Source: Candidatus Pacearchaeota archaeon (GTDB taxonomy: Archaea; Nanobdellota; Nanobdellia; Pacearchaeales; GW2011-AR1). Taken from it: 57,337 bases of DNA. This document shows positions 27,613 to 36,944 of the stretch, one piece after another; position 1 is the first letter of the stretch; every line of letters begins with the position of its first letter. The translations under genes were made by a program, and so were the position numbers. The notes under the pieces were generated by a model that was not told the origin of the DNA, did not search any database, and worked only from the letters and a program-made list of their open reading frames with translations. The stretch is from NCBI GenBank assembly GCA_036169915.1, contig JAVHOF010000037.1, positions 1 to 57,337 of the forward strand, given 5' to 3'.

Positions 27613-29007
27613 TTATTCTAATCTCCTTTCAAGTATTTTTTTTATTGTTTGGAAATTTGCACGCTTATTTGTTGCGTGCATGACTTGTCCTATTAAAAAA
27701 TTCAAAGCTTTAGATTCTCCTGCTTTAAAATCTTTAATTGATTGCTGGTTCTTATTTATAATTCCATCTATTATTTTTTCTAACTCTTTTTCATCTGAGA
27801 TTGATTGTGATTGTTTTGCTTCCTGCATTGGTGAAAAGGATTTTGGAATAAATTTTCTTAAAATATCTTTAGCTTTTAATGGTGTTATTTTGTTATCTTG
27901 CAATAGATTTAATAGTTCTATTATATGCAGAGGATTAATTTTAACTTTATCCATTGTTTTTTTATTATAGTTTAAAACGCCTAACCATTCTATTGTTATC
28001 CATGGAAGAGCTATTTTAGGAGATATTTTTTCAGCAACACTTTCAAAAAGTTCAACAATCTCAAGATTTTTAGTAAGGACTTCTGCATCTTCTTTATTCA
28101 GTTTATGTTTTTTGACCAATTTGTCTAATTTTTCCATAGGAGATTCAGGAAGATTTTTTTTAATTTCATCAATTCTTTGTTTTGTTATTTTTAAAATAGG
28201 CAAATCAGGGTCTGGAATAAATCTATAATCTTGTGCTTCTTCTTTGCTTCTCATAAGTTCTGTTTTTCCTGTTTCAGAATTCCATCTTCTTGTTTCTTTT
28301 GTTTTAGGTTTTTCTTTCTCATGTCTTGAAATCTCTGAATTTATAGCTCTTACAATTTCAGTTATTGAATTAACATTTTTTATTTCAGCTCTTTCTGAAA
28401 TTCCTTTAATATTAACATTAACATCTGCTTTTATTCCTGCGTCTTTGTTAAGTGCTTTGATATATGATAATGTTAATACTAATTGTCTTAGCCAGTTTTC
28501 AACTTGTTCTGCATTTTTAAAATCAGGTTCTGTAACAATTTCAACTAAAGGTGCTCCTGCTCTATTGTAATCTATTTTTCCTGTTTCAGGATTCCATGCA
28601 GCAGGATCTTCTTCTAAATGTACTTCTCTTATTTTTATTCCTAAAAATTCCCCATTTTCAGCAACAGGAATTGAATAGGCTCCTGAAATTGTTTTTTGGT
28701 ATCCTGTTGGCATGTCTGGCCAATTGTAGTGTTTTCTTTGAAAAATCAGAGGTTTTTTATTTTCAATTATATTTGCATTGCAGTTTAGCATTAGCCCTAT
28801 TTGAAGAATTTTATCAACAGCTGACTTATTTGGAAGCATTGGTTTTGCTCCTGGCTGTCCAGTGCATATTGGGCAGATGTTTTCGTTTGGTTCTATAATC
28901 TTCATGTCATGAAAATTCCTGCAAGTGCAGAAAAGCTTTTCATCTGTATCTATATATCCATGAATTTCTAAACCTATCATGGAATCAGTTTCTTTTTTAT
29001 GTTCCAT
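27613..29007 (-). CDS. gatB: Asp/Glu-tRNA amidotransferase subunit B
   Basis: Motifs include IGLEIHGYI...KLFCTC, CPICTGQPGAKP and EVHLEEDPA, with a C-terminal YqeY-like tail. The start is ambiguous (29025, 29007 or 28980). Confidence 0.9.
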   Translation of the reverse strand: MEHKKETDSMIGLEIHGYIDTDEKLFCTCRNFHDMKIIEPNENICPICTGQPGAKPMLPNKSAVDKILQIGLMLNCNANIIENKKPLIFQRKHYNWPDMPTGYQKTISGAYSIPVAENGEFLGIKIREVHLEEDPAAWNPETGKIDYNRAGAPLVEIVTEPDFKNAEQVENWLRQLVLTLSYIKALNKDAGIKADVNVNIKGISERAEIKNVNSITEIVRAINSEISRHEKEKPKTKETRRWNSETGKTELMRSKEEAQDYRFIPDPDLPILKITKQRIDEIKKNLPESPMEKLDKLVKKHKLNKEDAEVLTKNLEIVELFESVAEKISPKIALPWITIEWLGVLNYNKKTMDKVKINPLHIIELLNLLQDNKITPLKAKDILRKFIPKSFSPMQEAKQSQSISDEKELEKIIDGIINKNQQSIKDFKAGESKALNFLIGQVMHATNKRANFQTIKKILERRLE

Positions 29008-29065
29008 AAAAAATAAAGAAAACATAAGTTTAATAAAGTTTCTTTATGTAAAAATTTAAACAAAA

Positions 29066-29512
29066 ATGGTAGAAAGAATAAACACAATTGTTGAAGGCGC
29101 GTTTCCAGATACTCCAAGTAGCTTGCTGTATGCAGGATTTGAATTTGAAATACCTAAAAATGCAAGACTTTTAAGAATTAAAGATAAAACTAAATATGTC
29201 TTATATTGTAGTACTAATTTTGTTGATATGTCTATAGAACAAAACCCTTTTTTTACAGATTATAAACAATGCAGAGATATTGAAGGAGGATTTCCATTAG
29301 AAAGATTATATCCGAATATTAATTGGGCATTTGATGCTCAAAGGTCTTTTACAACAAGAGATGGAAGAATTTATATTGAGTCTACTTTTTTTCATAAAGA
29401 CTGGAGATGGTATTTAGATTCTGTTCCATTTATAATTCAAGATTGTAATACTATTTTTAGTTGTGAGAGAAAAACAGAAGAATTAAATCAAAATCCAAGA
29501 AGGGTTTTTTAA
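29066..29512 (+). CDS. Hypothetical protein (orphan)
   Basis: ORF in the track. I recognise no motif. Confidence 0.45.
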   Translation: MVERINTIVEGAFPDTPSSLLYAGFEFEIPKNARLLRIKDKTKYVLYCSTNFVDMSIEQNPFFTDYKQCRDIEGGFPLERLYPNINWAFDAQRSFTTRDGRIYIESTFFHKDWRWYLDSVPFIIQDCNTIFSCERKTEELNQNPRRVF

Positions 29513-29572
29513 TTTTTTTATGAGATAGTTGTGCTTAAGCAATTTTTTCTCTTTATGTTTTTAATGGATAAA

Positions 29573-30499
29573 TTATGAAATAAATCTAAATTCTTCCAAA
29601 ATATCCAATACAGTATAAATATTTTCTTTGACTAAATCACATATTTCAATTTCTCTTTTTGACATCTTTGATTTATTTATCTTTTCATATATTTTTTTTA
29701 TGAATTCTCTGATTTCATCTATTTTTTTTACAAACGAACCATCAAACTCTTTATATAGATTTGAATGAAATAATTTAAGTATTTCAAAAGATTCTTTCAA
29801 AAATCTGATTGTTATTGCATTAAAAGTGAATGTTTTTTTATCTGAACCAATTTCTGTAATCTCTTCAGCTACCATCTTACACCTATCTCCTATAAGTTCT
29901 AATTGCATAGCTAAAAAATATAATAGCTCTTTTTTCATTTTTTTATTAACTACATTTTTGTTTATCAATCTGATTATATAGTCTATAAATTTATTTATTT
30001 GCTTGTCAGTTAGAATTATTTCTTTCAGCCTTTCAGATTCCAAAGGCTTGGTATCATCTTGAAGCTCTTCGCACATTGACATCATCAATATGATAACCCT
30101 TTTTATCAGCTTATCAATATCTTCAGTTTGTGATTTTGCAATATCTTCAATAATGCATTCGTTTTTTGATTGTTCTACTATTTCAAATCCAATCAAATCC
30201 TTTATTGTTTCTTCAATTATATTTAATTGATTAATATTCTTGAATTTTAAGGCTAATCTGTCATAGCCTTTTCTGTATAATGCACGCAGATGGCGGTATA
30301 ATGTTGATGGAGAATAGTCATTTATATCCAAACTTAAACTTTTATAATCTTGTTTTATTGGCTCTCCTATTATTAATCTATTTTCTTCTTCAGTCACATC
30401 TATCTCATCGCCTTTCTTTATTCCCTGTTGCTTTACCCATTTTGAAGGAAGACTGATTACAAGAGTCTGGTTTGCCAACTGAATTGCTTTTCTTTTCAT
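29573..30499 (-). CDS. AbrB-domain / PhoU-like regulator (archaeal phosphate-uptake-regulator type)
   Basis: The N-terminus LANQTLVISLPSKWVKQQGIKKGDEIDV is an AbrB/SpoVT domain. The remainder consists of two helical PhoU-like repeats. Confidence 0.6.
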   Translation of the reverse strand: MKRKAIQLANQTLVISLPSKWVKQQGIKKGDEIDVTEEENRLIIGEPIKQDYKSLSLDINDYSPSTLYRHLRALYRKGYDRLALKFKNINQLNIIEETIKDLIGFEIVEQSKNECIIEDIAKSQTEDIDKLIKRVIILMMSMCEELQDDTKPLESERLKEIILTDKQINKFIDYIIRLINKNVVNKKMKKELLYFLAMQLELIGDRCKMVAEEITEIGSDKKTFTFNAITIRFLKESFEILKLFHSNLYKEFDGSFVKKIDEIREFIKKIYEKINKSKMSKREIEICDLVKENIYTVLDILEEFRFIS

Positions 30500-30608
30500 A
30501 ATTGAGATAATTGTTGGAGATATATAAATTTTACTATTTTTATATATTATAAGGTAATATATATAGTTTAAGGAAAAAGTATATAAAAAGATAAGTATGG
30601 GTTAGATT

Positions 30609-31058
30609 ATGAAAAAAACAAAAAACAAAAAAATTTTGATTTTTTTTATTGGGATATTCTTTTTATTTATATTTTTATCTTTTGTTTCTGCTGATGAAAT
30701 ACAGGCTCCAAAGGGAAATGAAATAGTACCTCTTGTTAGGGGAGATAATCTAGGAGTATTAATGTCTCCAGATACAACCTATACTCTTTATTATATTGCT
30801 GATGGAAAATCTGCAACAATACAATATAGCGAATCTTTTGCATCTTACTTTTTTGGAAAAAGGAATAATGAGAAATCTCTTATTGCAATGAGTATTTATT
30901 ATGCACCTTGGTTTGATCAAAAATATACTCTTGTTAAAAATACTGGAATAGATCTTTTTACTCAAAAAACAAGCCTTCTGCAAACTAAAGGTGTTTACAA
31001 GTTTGAATTTAAATGTTATGGGCACAATTGGGCTGCTGTTAATTTTAAAGTATATTAA
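30609..31058 (+). CDS. Secreted hypothetical protein
   Basis: A signal or anchor peptide is present: KKILIFFIGIFFLFIFLSFVSA-DE. Confidence 0.5.
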   Translation: MKKTKNKKILIFFIGIFFLFIFLSFVSADEIQAPKGNEIVPLVRGDNLGVLMSPDTTYTLYYIADGKSATIQYSESFASYFFGKRNNEKSLIAMSIYYAPWFDQKYTLVKNTGIDLFTQKTSLLQTKGVYKFEFKCYGHNWAAVNFKVY

Positions 31059-31070
31059 ATCTAGGAGTTA

Positions 31071-31493
31071 ATGAAAATGATACGAGCATTAGTTGTTGAG
31101 GATCATGATAAATGGCAAAAATTTCATAAAAATTATCTTGAATCTATTTTAGGGAAAGATAATATAGATATCACTGATAACTATGAATGTGCTATTTCTA
31201 TGTTAGGTCAAGAGTATGGGTTATATATTATAGATGGACAATTCTTTAGAACTCCTGATGGTGAGCTTCAGTTACTCGGAATCCAATTAGCCGAAGATGT
31301 TAGAAATAAAGAGGGTGGTTATGATAAAATTGTAATAGTAAGCAGTAGTGATGATACTTTATTTAAAGCGCAACTTTTAGGAGTATTTAATGTCTATAAT
31401 AAATCTTATTTAAATAACAATGAAAAAGAAGTTTTGAAATTTAAAAGTTGTGTTAAAACTATTTTATGCGGAGTTAATGATGATAGCAGATGA
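31071..31493 (+). CDS. Stand-alone response-regulator receiver (CheY-like) domain protein
   Basis: The acidic pair is in ALVVEDHD, the acceptor-like Asp is in LYIIDGQF, the Ser/Thr position is in IVIVSSS, and the Lys position is in VYNKS. Confidence 0.55.
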   Translation: MKMIRALVVEDHDKWQKFHKNYLESILGKDNIDITDNYECAISMLGQEYGLYIIDGQFFRTPDGELQLLGIQLAEDVRNKEGGYDKIVIVSSSDDTLFKAQLLGVFNVYNKSYLNNNEKEVLKFKSCVKTILCGVNDDSR

Positions 31494-32592
31494 AACTTTT
31501 GAAGTAGCTAAAGATAAGTATTTAGATATCCCTGATTTAGAATTGCATTTTTATAATATGAAATGCAGTGGGATAAGTGATCCTGTGATGGAATCAGGTG
31601 GAGATAGGCCTATTTTTTATCTTTTTGATGATAAAAATTTTGGATTAATTTCTTTTATGCTTTCTGAAAGTTCTCCTTATCAAGTAGATGAAAATAGAAT
31701 ATTGTTTAATAATTGTGAATTGAGTTTTGAAAGTATTCTTTTTACTCGTTTAGGAAATACTTTACCCTATTATTATTTTAGGGGACCTCAGGGAATGTTT
31801 CCAAGCCTGTATGATGAAAGAATTCTTAATGTAAATTTTAATCCTCAATGTGGTGGTTGTGATTTTTGTTTTTATGGATATAGAAGTAAACAATTAGAAA
31901 ATATTCTTTCTGAACATGGTTTCTTGAGAATTGAAACGGAAACAGGATTAAAAGAATTTAGTTCTTTAGCCGAGATAGCTATCGTTACTGGAAGATTTGA
32001 ATCTGAAGACAAGCTAAAAAAGCATGTTCTTGATGTAATTGATAGTGCCGAAGGAAGAGGGTTTAATGGAAGAATTTTTTATATAGGGTCTCAATTAGTA
32101 ACTCCTGTTAGAATAGAAGAAATCTTGAAAAGATTAGGGAATAATCCTGATAGGTTTAAATATGCCTACACTATTGAAAGATTTTTTGATAGAAGTTCTA
32201 TCATGCATGGATCTAAAGGAAAGAAAACTTACTCTGAGATATTATCTGATTTGGGAGTAATTAGGAGTTTAGGAATAGATAAATTAGAATATACTTATAT
32301 TGTAGGTATAGAAGATTTGGATGGATTTAAAAAAGGTGCAGATGGATTAGTCCATATCGCTACTCCTCATATTTCTATTTTAAGGAAGACTGGCCATGGA
32401 GCAAATTCTTTGATAAGGTCTAATGATTACATTGAACATGGGCTTGATTATCTTTGTCAGATAAGAAAATATTATGAACATCTATATAAGGGTAAGATTA
32501 TAGGAAATAATTTTGCTAATTTATGGCTGTTCTCTCTTAGTGATTTTAATTTTTCATCTTATTTAAATCGTTTATCTTCAGTTCGAAATTGA
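31477..32592 (+). CDS. Putative Fe-S enzyme, radical-SAM-like TIM barrel with a non-canonical CX2CX2C motif
   Basis: NFNPQCGGCDFCFYGY is followed by an alternating beta/alpha pattern (IAIVTG, IFYIGSQ, YTYIVGIED). The ATG at 31477 overlaps the end of the REC gene. Confidence 0.35.
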   Translation: MMIADETFEVAKDKYLDIPDLELHFYNMKCSGISDPVMESGGDRPIFYLFDDKNFGLISFMLSESSPYQVDENRILFNNCELSFESILFTRLGNTLPYYYFRGPQGMFPSLYDERILNVNFNPQCGGCDFCFYGYRSKQLENILSEHGFLRIETETGLKEFSSLAEIAIVTGRFESEDKLKKHVLDVIDSAEGRGFNGRIFYIGSQLVTPVRIEEILKRLGNNPDRFKYAYTIERFFDRSSIMHGSKGKKTYSEILSDLGVIRSLGIDKLEYTYIVGIEDLDGFKKGADGLVHIATPHISILRKTGHGANSLIRSNDYIEHGLDYLCQIRKYYEHLYKGKIIGNNFANLWLFSLSDFNFSSYLNRLSSVRN

Positions 32593-32666
32593 AAAAGACA
32601 TTAAAAAGGATATGAAAAATGAAAATTCAAAATTTAATTGAGTGTAAGGAGGTAAATAAAAAACAA

Positions 32667-34760
32667 ATGAAAAATAAAAATTTATTTTTAATTTTGGGAA
32701 TTGTTTTAGTTTTAATTTTGTCTGGATTTGTAAGTGCGCTTGCAATAGGTGACAAGGTGGAAGTGTATAATACTGGAAACAGTGGATTGCTTGTTCTTAG
32801 CCCTAATGCTTGCAGTTCTTCAATTGGAGTTAAATTTAATGGAGCAAGGGGGACTATTACAGCTGGTCCTATTTATTGCAGCTCTTATAATCGCTGGAAA
32901 GTTACATGGGATGGAGGTCCTACTGGATGGAGTGCTGAAAATTGGTTGAGAAAAGTTGTTACTTGCACCAATCAATGTTCATCTGGACAAATAAGATGCA
33001 ATGGATATTACAAACAAAGCTGTATTTCCAGCAATGGATGTTGGATATGGGGTGGAGATACTTATTGCAGTAATGGATGTGCTTATGGACAATGCCTTGG
33101 TGGTTGCACTCCAAAAACATGTTCTCAACTTGGAAAACAATGTGGAGCATGGGATAATGGTTGTCAGCAATCAATAGATTGTGGAACTTGTTCTTCTGGT
33201 AAAACTTGTTCAAATGGACAATGTGTAAGTGGAGGAAGTTTGCCTACTTCTATAATCTCGCCTGTTGATGGTAATCTTGAGATTGTCAATACTTTAGGCG
33301 CTTGTTCAAATACAAAATGGTGTTTTAATCAACATAAAACAGGAGGGCATGTGCCAGGTGGAGGAATATGTAAGGCAGATGATACTTATGCTTGGGATGC
33401 TAATCTTAATTTTCCTAGTCAAGATTCTGATAAAGGTAAACCTGTTTATTCAGTTGCTTCTGGAGTTGTCACAAGTCTCTATGGAGGATGTACAAATGCC
33501 GGAGGGTCTTATGGGCAAGTATTAATTGAACATAATTATAATGGAAATAAATGGTGGAGTGGATATTTACATATGGGAAATATTCAAGTGAAAACTGGAC
33601 AGAGTGTAAACGAAAATACAATTTTAGGGTATGTGTCAAATACAGGAGTATCTGATGGTAATAATCATTTACATTTTGTAGTCTATAAAGGTTCTAACAC
33701 TAATGGAGGGTTAGTATCATTTAATTTAAACATAAATCCTAGAAATAATGGTTGTACTCCTCAATGTTCTGGAAAACAATGTGGAAGTGATGGATGTGGT
33801 GGAAGTTGTGGCAGTTGTTCTAATGGAAAAACATGCAATTCAAATGGACAATGCGTTACTTCATGTACTCCAAAAACATGTTCTCAACTTGGAAAACAAT
33901 GTGGGGGATGGGATGATGGATGTCAAAAATCAATAAATTGTGGCAGTTGCTCTAATGGAAAAACATGCAATTCAAATGGACAGTGTGTAAGTGGTTGTAC
34001 AAATCAATGTACTTATAAAACCAATAGATGCAATGGACAAAATTCAGAATATTGTACAGATTATAATGGTGATGGATGTTCTGAATGGATTGTACAAAGA
34101 GTTTGTGATTATGGGTGTAACAATAATAATGGTTTTTGTTATATGTGTACTCCTAATTCAAAATATTGTTATGGAAATTGGATTATGAAATGTAGTTCTG
34201 ATGGTTCTAGCGCGAGTGGAGATACTTATTGTAGCAAGGGATGTAATAATGGGGCTTGTATTAATAGTTGTACTCCAAATTGGAATTGTGGAGCTTGGTC
34301 AACATGTTCGAATAATCAACAAACAAGAACATGTACAGACTCTAATAATTGTGGAACAAATAATGGGAAACCTGCTACTTCGCAAAGTTGCAGTGCTTCT
34401 GGAAATAACCATAATTCAGATTGTACATTTATAACAAACATTCAACCAGCAGGATCAACATGGGTAATAGAAGATTATCTGAATTCTCCGGATGGAAAGA
34501 AATGGTTAGCAATGGATATAACTGGTGATGGAATTAAAGAAATATTTGGTTATATGAGTGGTTCAAGTACTGATTCATGCCCACCAGATAATATTTATTG
34601 GCACACATCACCAATTTCTGCATTAGGAGGTTTTATGCTAAAATATTATTATTCTTCAAACAATATTGAAAAGCAATTATTTGTTTGTGATAATAATAGA
34701 TTTGCAGCATACTCTTCGACCCGTAATATACCAACAAACCCTGACATTAGTTGCCCATAA
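32667..34760 (+). CDS. Secreted Cys-rich multidomain protein with an M23 (LytM-type) peptidase-like domain
   Basis: GGAGG lies about 13 nt upstream of the ATG at 32667. A signal peptide is followed by an SH3b-like N-terminal domain. The M23-like core is [11 protein letters not shown]...YGQVLIEH...WWSGYLHM...[17 protein letters not shown]. Repeated Cys-rich modules ([35 protein letters not shown]) are also present. Confidence 0.8.
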   Translation: MKNKNLFLILGIVLVLILSGFVSALAIGDKVEVYNTGNSGLLVLSPNACSSSIGVKFNGARGTITAGPIYCSSYNRWKVTWDGGPTGWSAENWLRKVVTCTNQCSSGQIRCNGYYKQSCISSNGCWIWGGDTYCSNGCAYGQCLGGCTPKTCSQLGKQCGAWDNGCQQSIDCGTCSSGKTCSNGQCVSGGSLPTSIISPVDGNLEIVNTLGACSNTKWCFNQHKTGGHVPGGGICKADDTYAWDANLNFPSQDSDKGKPVYSVASGVVTSLYGGCTNAGGSYGQVLIEHNYNGNKWWSGYLHMGNIQVKTGQSVNENTILGYVSNTGVSDGNNHLHFVVYKGSNTNGGLVSFNLNINPRNNGCTPQCSGKQCGSDGCGGSCGSCSNGKTCNSNGQCVTSCTPKTCSQLGKQCGGWDDGCQKSINCGSCSNGKTCNSNGQCVSGCTNQCTYKTNRCNGQNSEYCTDYNGDGCSEWIVQRVCDYGCNNNNGFCYMCTPNSKYCYGNWIMKCSSDGSSASGDTYCSKGCNNGACINSCTPNWNCGAWSTCSNNQQTRTCTDSNNCGTNNGKPATSQSCSASGNNHNSDCTFITNIQPAGSTWVIEDYLNSPDGKKWLAMDITGDGIKEIFGYMSGSSTDSCPPDNIYWHTSPISALGGFMLKYYYSSNNIEKQLFVCDNNRFAAYSSTRNIPTNPDISCP
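33105..33992 (+). repeat. Repeated Cys-rich module coding units inside the M23-like gene
   Basis: Near-identical DNA (..ACTCCAAAAACATGTTCTCAACTTGGAAAACAATGTGG..) starts at 33105 and at 33864. A shorter related module lies at about 33753-33863. Confidence 0.8.
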
Positions 34761-34870
34761 ATTAATTTTTCTTTTTCTTTTTCTTCTTTTTTTCATTCTA
34801 CTTCAGTAATTACAATTTAAATATATTTTATATCAACAATCTTTAAATAATCTGATTGTTATTTTAGTAC

Positions 34871-35374
34871 ATGAAAAGAGGCTCAAAGAAAATAAAAAAG
34901 AGTGAGAAAAGTGAAGATGGAATTCTAAGTTATGAAATTATAGATAATACTCAGAATATGACTGATAGCAGCAATAGTTTTGATAATAGTTCTTTTGAAA
35001 AACCAAAAGAATCTATGGAAAGTCCTAATAAGCCTTTTAATGAAACTCAATTGGTAATGGAGCAAAAACCTAATAATGAAAAGAAAAGTCCTGTTAAAAC
35101 TCTTGTTATTCTGATAATACTTATTTTATTGGTTGATGCTATTTTTCTTTTTGCATATTTAAAACCTGATTTAAAAACAACATTATCTAATTTTTTTAAA
35201 CCTAGGGTTGTTGATAATCCAAGTTCATTAAAATGCAATGATGGAACTCCTTATAATTCATGCGCAAAAAATAAACCTTATTATTGTTATAATGGAGAGC
35301 TTTTGAAAAGCGCATATAATTGTGGGTGCCCTGAAGGATATAAAGTAGCTTTCCAAGATTGCAAGAAGATTTAA
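34871..35374 (+). CDS. Membrane-anchored protein with a C-terminal Cys-rich domain
   Basis: The central TM helix is LVILIILILLVDAIFLFAYL. The C-terminus is CNDGTPYNSCAKNKPYYCYNGELL..CGCPEGY...C. Confidence 0.5.
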   Translation: MKRGSKKIKKSEKSEDGILSYEIIDNTQNMTDSSNSFDNSSFEKPKESMESPNKPFNETQLVMEQKPNNEKKSPVKTLVILIILILLVDAIFLFAYLKPDLKTTLSNFFKPRVVDNPSSLKCNDGTPYNSCAKNKPYYCYNGELLKSAYNCGCPEGYKVAFQDCKKI

Positions 35375-35514
35375 TCATTTATTTGATAATGTTACAATAA
35401 TGCTTGAGTGAAAGAAGATTAAGCTACTTATTCTTCATCTGCAAATCTTATAGGCTATAGATATTACAAGCATTATATCATAATATATTTATATTCAATA
35501 TAATTTATAATAAA

Positions 35515-35826
35515 ATGCGCGAAGATATAAAAATTTTAAGTGAAGAAGAAATTTTTGAAAACTTAAAGGAGCTTCCTGGATGGGAATATAAAGATGGTAA
35601 AATTTCAAAAGAGTTTAAATTCAAGGAATTCCTTGATGTTTTGGCTTTTCTTGTAAAAATATCTCCTTTTTTTGAAAAAAATGATCATCATCCAGATATG
35701 CACATATTTTATTCTAAAGTTTTATTTGAATTGACAAGATGGGATGCTGGAGGAAAAGTTACTGGTATGGATTTTATTACTGCTAAAGAGATTGAAAGAG
35801 TTTATTTGGATTTTAAAAACATTTAA
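35515..35826 (+). CDS. Pterin-4a-carbinolamine dehydratase (PCD/DCoH family)
   Basis: LPGWEY...F.F..F..AF.F...I....E..DHHPDM....KV...L.T matches the PCD family pattern. Confidence 0.8.
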   Translation: MREDIKILSEEEIFENLKELPGWEYKDGKISKEFKFKEFLDVLAFLVKISPFFEKNDHHPDMHIFYSKVLFELTRWDAGGKVTGMDFITAKEIERVYLDFKNI

Positions 35827-35850
35827 AAACTAATCTTTTTAAGAAAGATT

Positions 35851-36453
35851 ATGAAACTGAAACTTGGAGAATGTTTAAGAAAACCTAATGATGATTATTA
35901 CAATTATGCTCTTAGGAATGCAAGAATTGAGGCAAGGTATAGTGAAGAACAATTAGCTGTGGAACTTGGAGTTTGCAGAACTATGATTTCACATTATGAA
36001 AGATTAAGAACTCTTCCAGCTCCTGCAATTGTTAAGAAATTGTCAAAGGTTTTGCATAGAAAGGTAAGAGAACTTTTTCCAAAAGAAATGAGAGCATATG
36101 CAAGAGCAGGACGAGTTAAACAAAATAATGGTAAAGAAGATGCACTAGATTATGCACAACCTCTACCGAAAAATATTGAATCATTAGAAGATGCTGGACA
36201 AGAATATTCTGATATTTATTCTATGCTGGATATACATGATAATATTAAAAAGGTACTTAAGGGATTAAGTTATAGACAAAGAGAAGTGATTAAGTTAAGA
36301 TATGGTTTAGGTGATGGATATTCTTATACTTTGGAAGAAGTTGGATATATATTTAATGTATCAATGGAGAGAATAAGACAGATAGAAGCCAAAGCAGTGA
36401 AAAAATTGCAAATGCCAGAAGTAGCTGCCAATTTAGTAGGATTTTTAGATTAA
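35851..36453 (+). CDS. XRE-type HTH fused to a bacterial sigma-70 region 4 domain
   Basis: The N-terminus YSEEQLAVELGVCRTMISHYERL is an XRE HTH. The C-terminus LSYRQREVIKLRYGLGDGYSYTLEEVGYIFNVSMERIRQIEAKAVKKLQ...LVGFLD aligns almost position for position with RpoD region 4.2 as I recall it (L..RE..VL..RFG......TLEEVG..F.VTRERIRQIEAKALRKL....L..FLD). Confidence 0.8.
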   Translation: MKLKLGECLRKPNDDYYNYALRNARIEARYSEEQLAVELGVCRTMISHYERLRTLPAPAIVKKLSKVLHRKVRELFPKEMRAYARAGRVKQNNGKEDALDYAQPLPKNIESLEDAGQEYSDIYSMLDIHDNIKKVLKGLSYRQREVIKLRYGLGDGYSYTLEEVGYIFNVSMERIRQIEAKAVKKLQMPEVAANLVGFLD

Positions 36454-36459
36454 ATTTAT

Positions 36460-36903
36460 TCAATCTTTTTCAAATTTTCTTAATTGAGCCATGTTTTCTG
36501 CTAAATAATTTTCAACATATTTTGAAAAATGCGGAATTGGACAATCAGTGCAGTCCCATATTCTTTTTTTTGGAAGTGCTTGATGATAAAACCATTTTCC
36601 AAATTGTAAGTCTATTCTACATCCCCCTTCAATTTTATTATTTTTATAATCAGGGCAAGCACATAGTAAACAATTTAATTCCCTTAATTCAGGGTGGCAG
36701 TGTCTTGAAGGTTCTTCTTTATAATAAAGGCATTTATCTGGGTATTTTACACTTCTTACTTCAAAACTAGTCTCTTGTATTATTGCATGTATGTTTTCAA
36801 TTCTAAGTTCTATGCCTGCTGTTTTTAATTCTCTAACAATATCTCTAAGATGCGTTTCAGCCCAGGTTTCTAGATGATTCTTAGTTGTTTTTTTATCTGT
36901 CAT
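36460..36903 (-). CDS. Cys/His-rich protein, putative metal-binding (cysteine-rich small domain-like)
   Basis: The Cys/His pattern is HCHPELRELNCLLCACPDY...GGCRID...WDCTDCPIPH. Confidence 0.5.
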   Translation of the reverse strand: MTDKKTTKNHLETWAETHLRDIVRELKTAGIELRIENIHAIIQETSFEVRSVKYPDKCLYYKEEPSRHCHPELRELNCLLCACPDYKNNKIEGGCRIDLQFGKWFYHQALPKKRIWDCTDCPIPHFSKYVENYLAENMAQLRKFEKD

Positions 36904-36944
36904 TTATCAATAGGTTTTTATAGTATTTTAAAGATTATTGTAGT

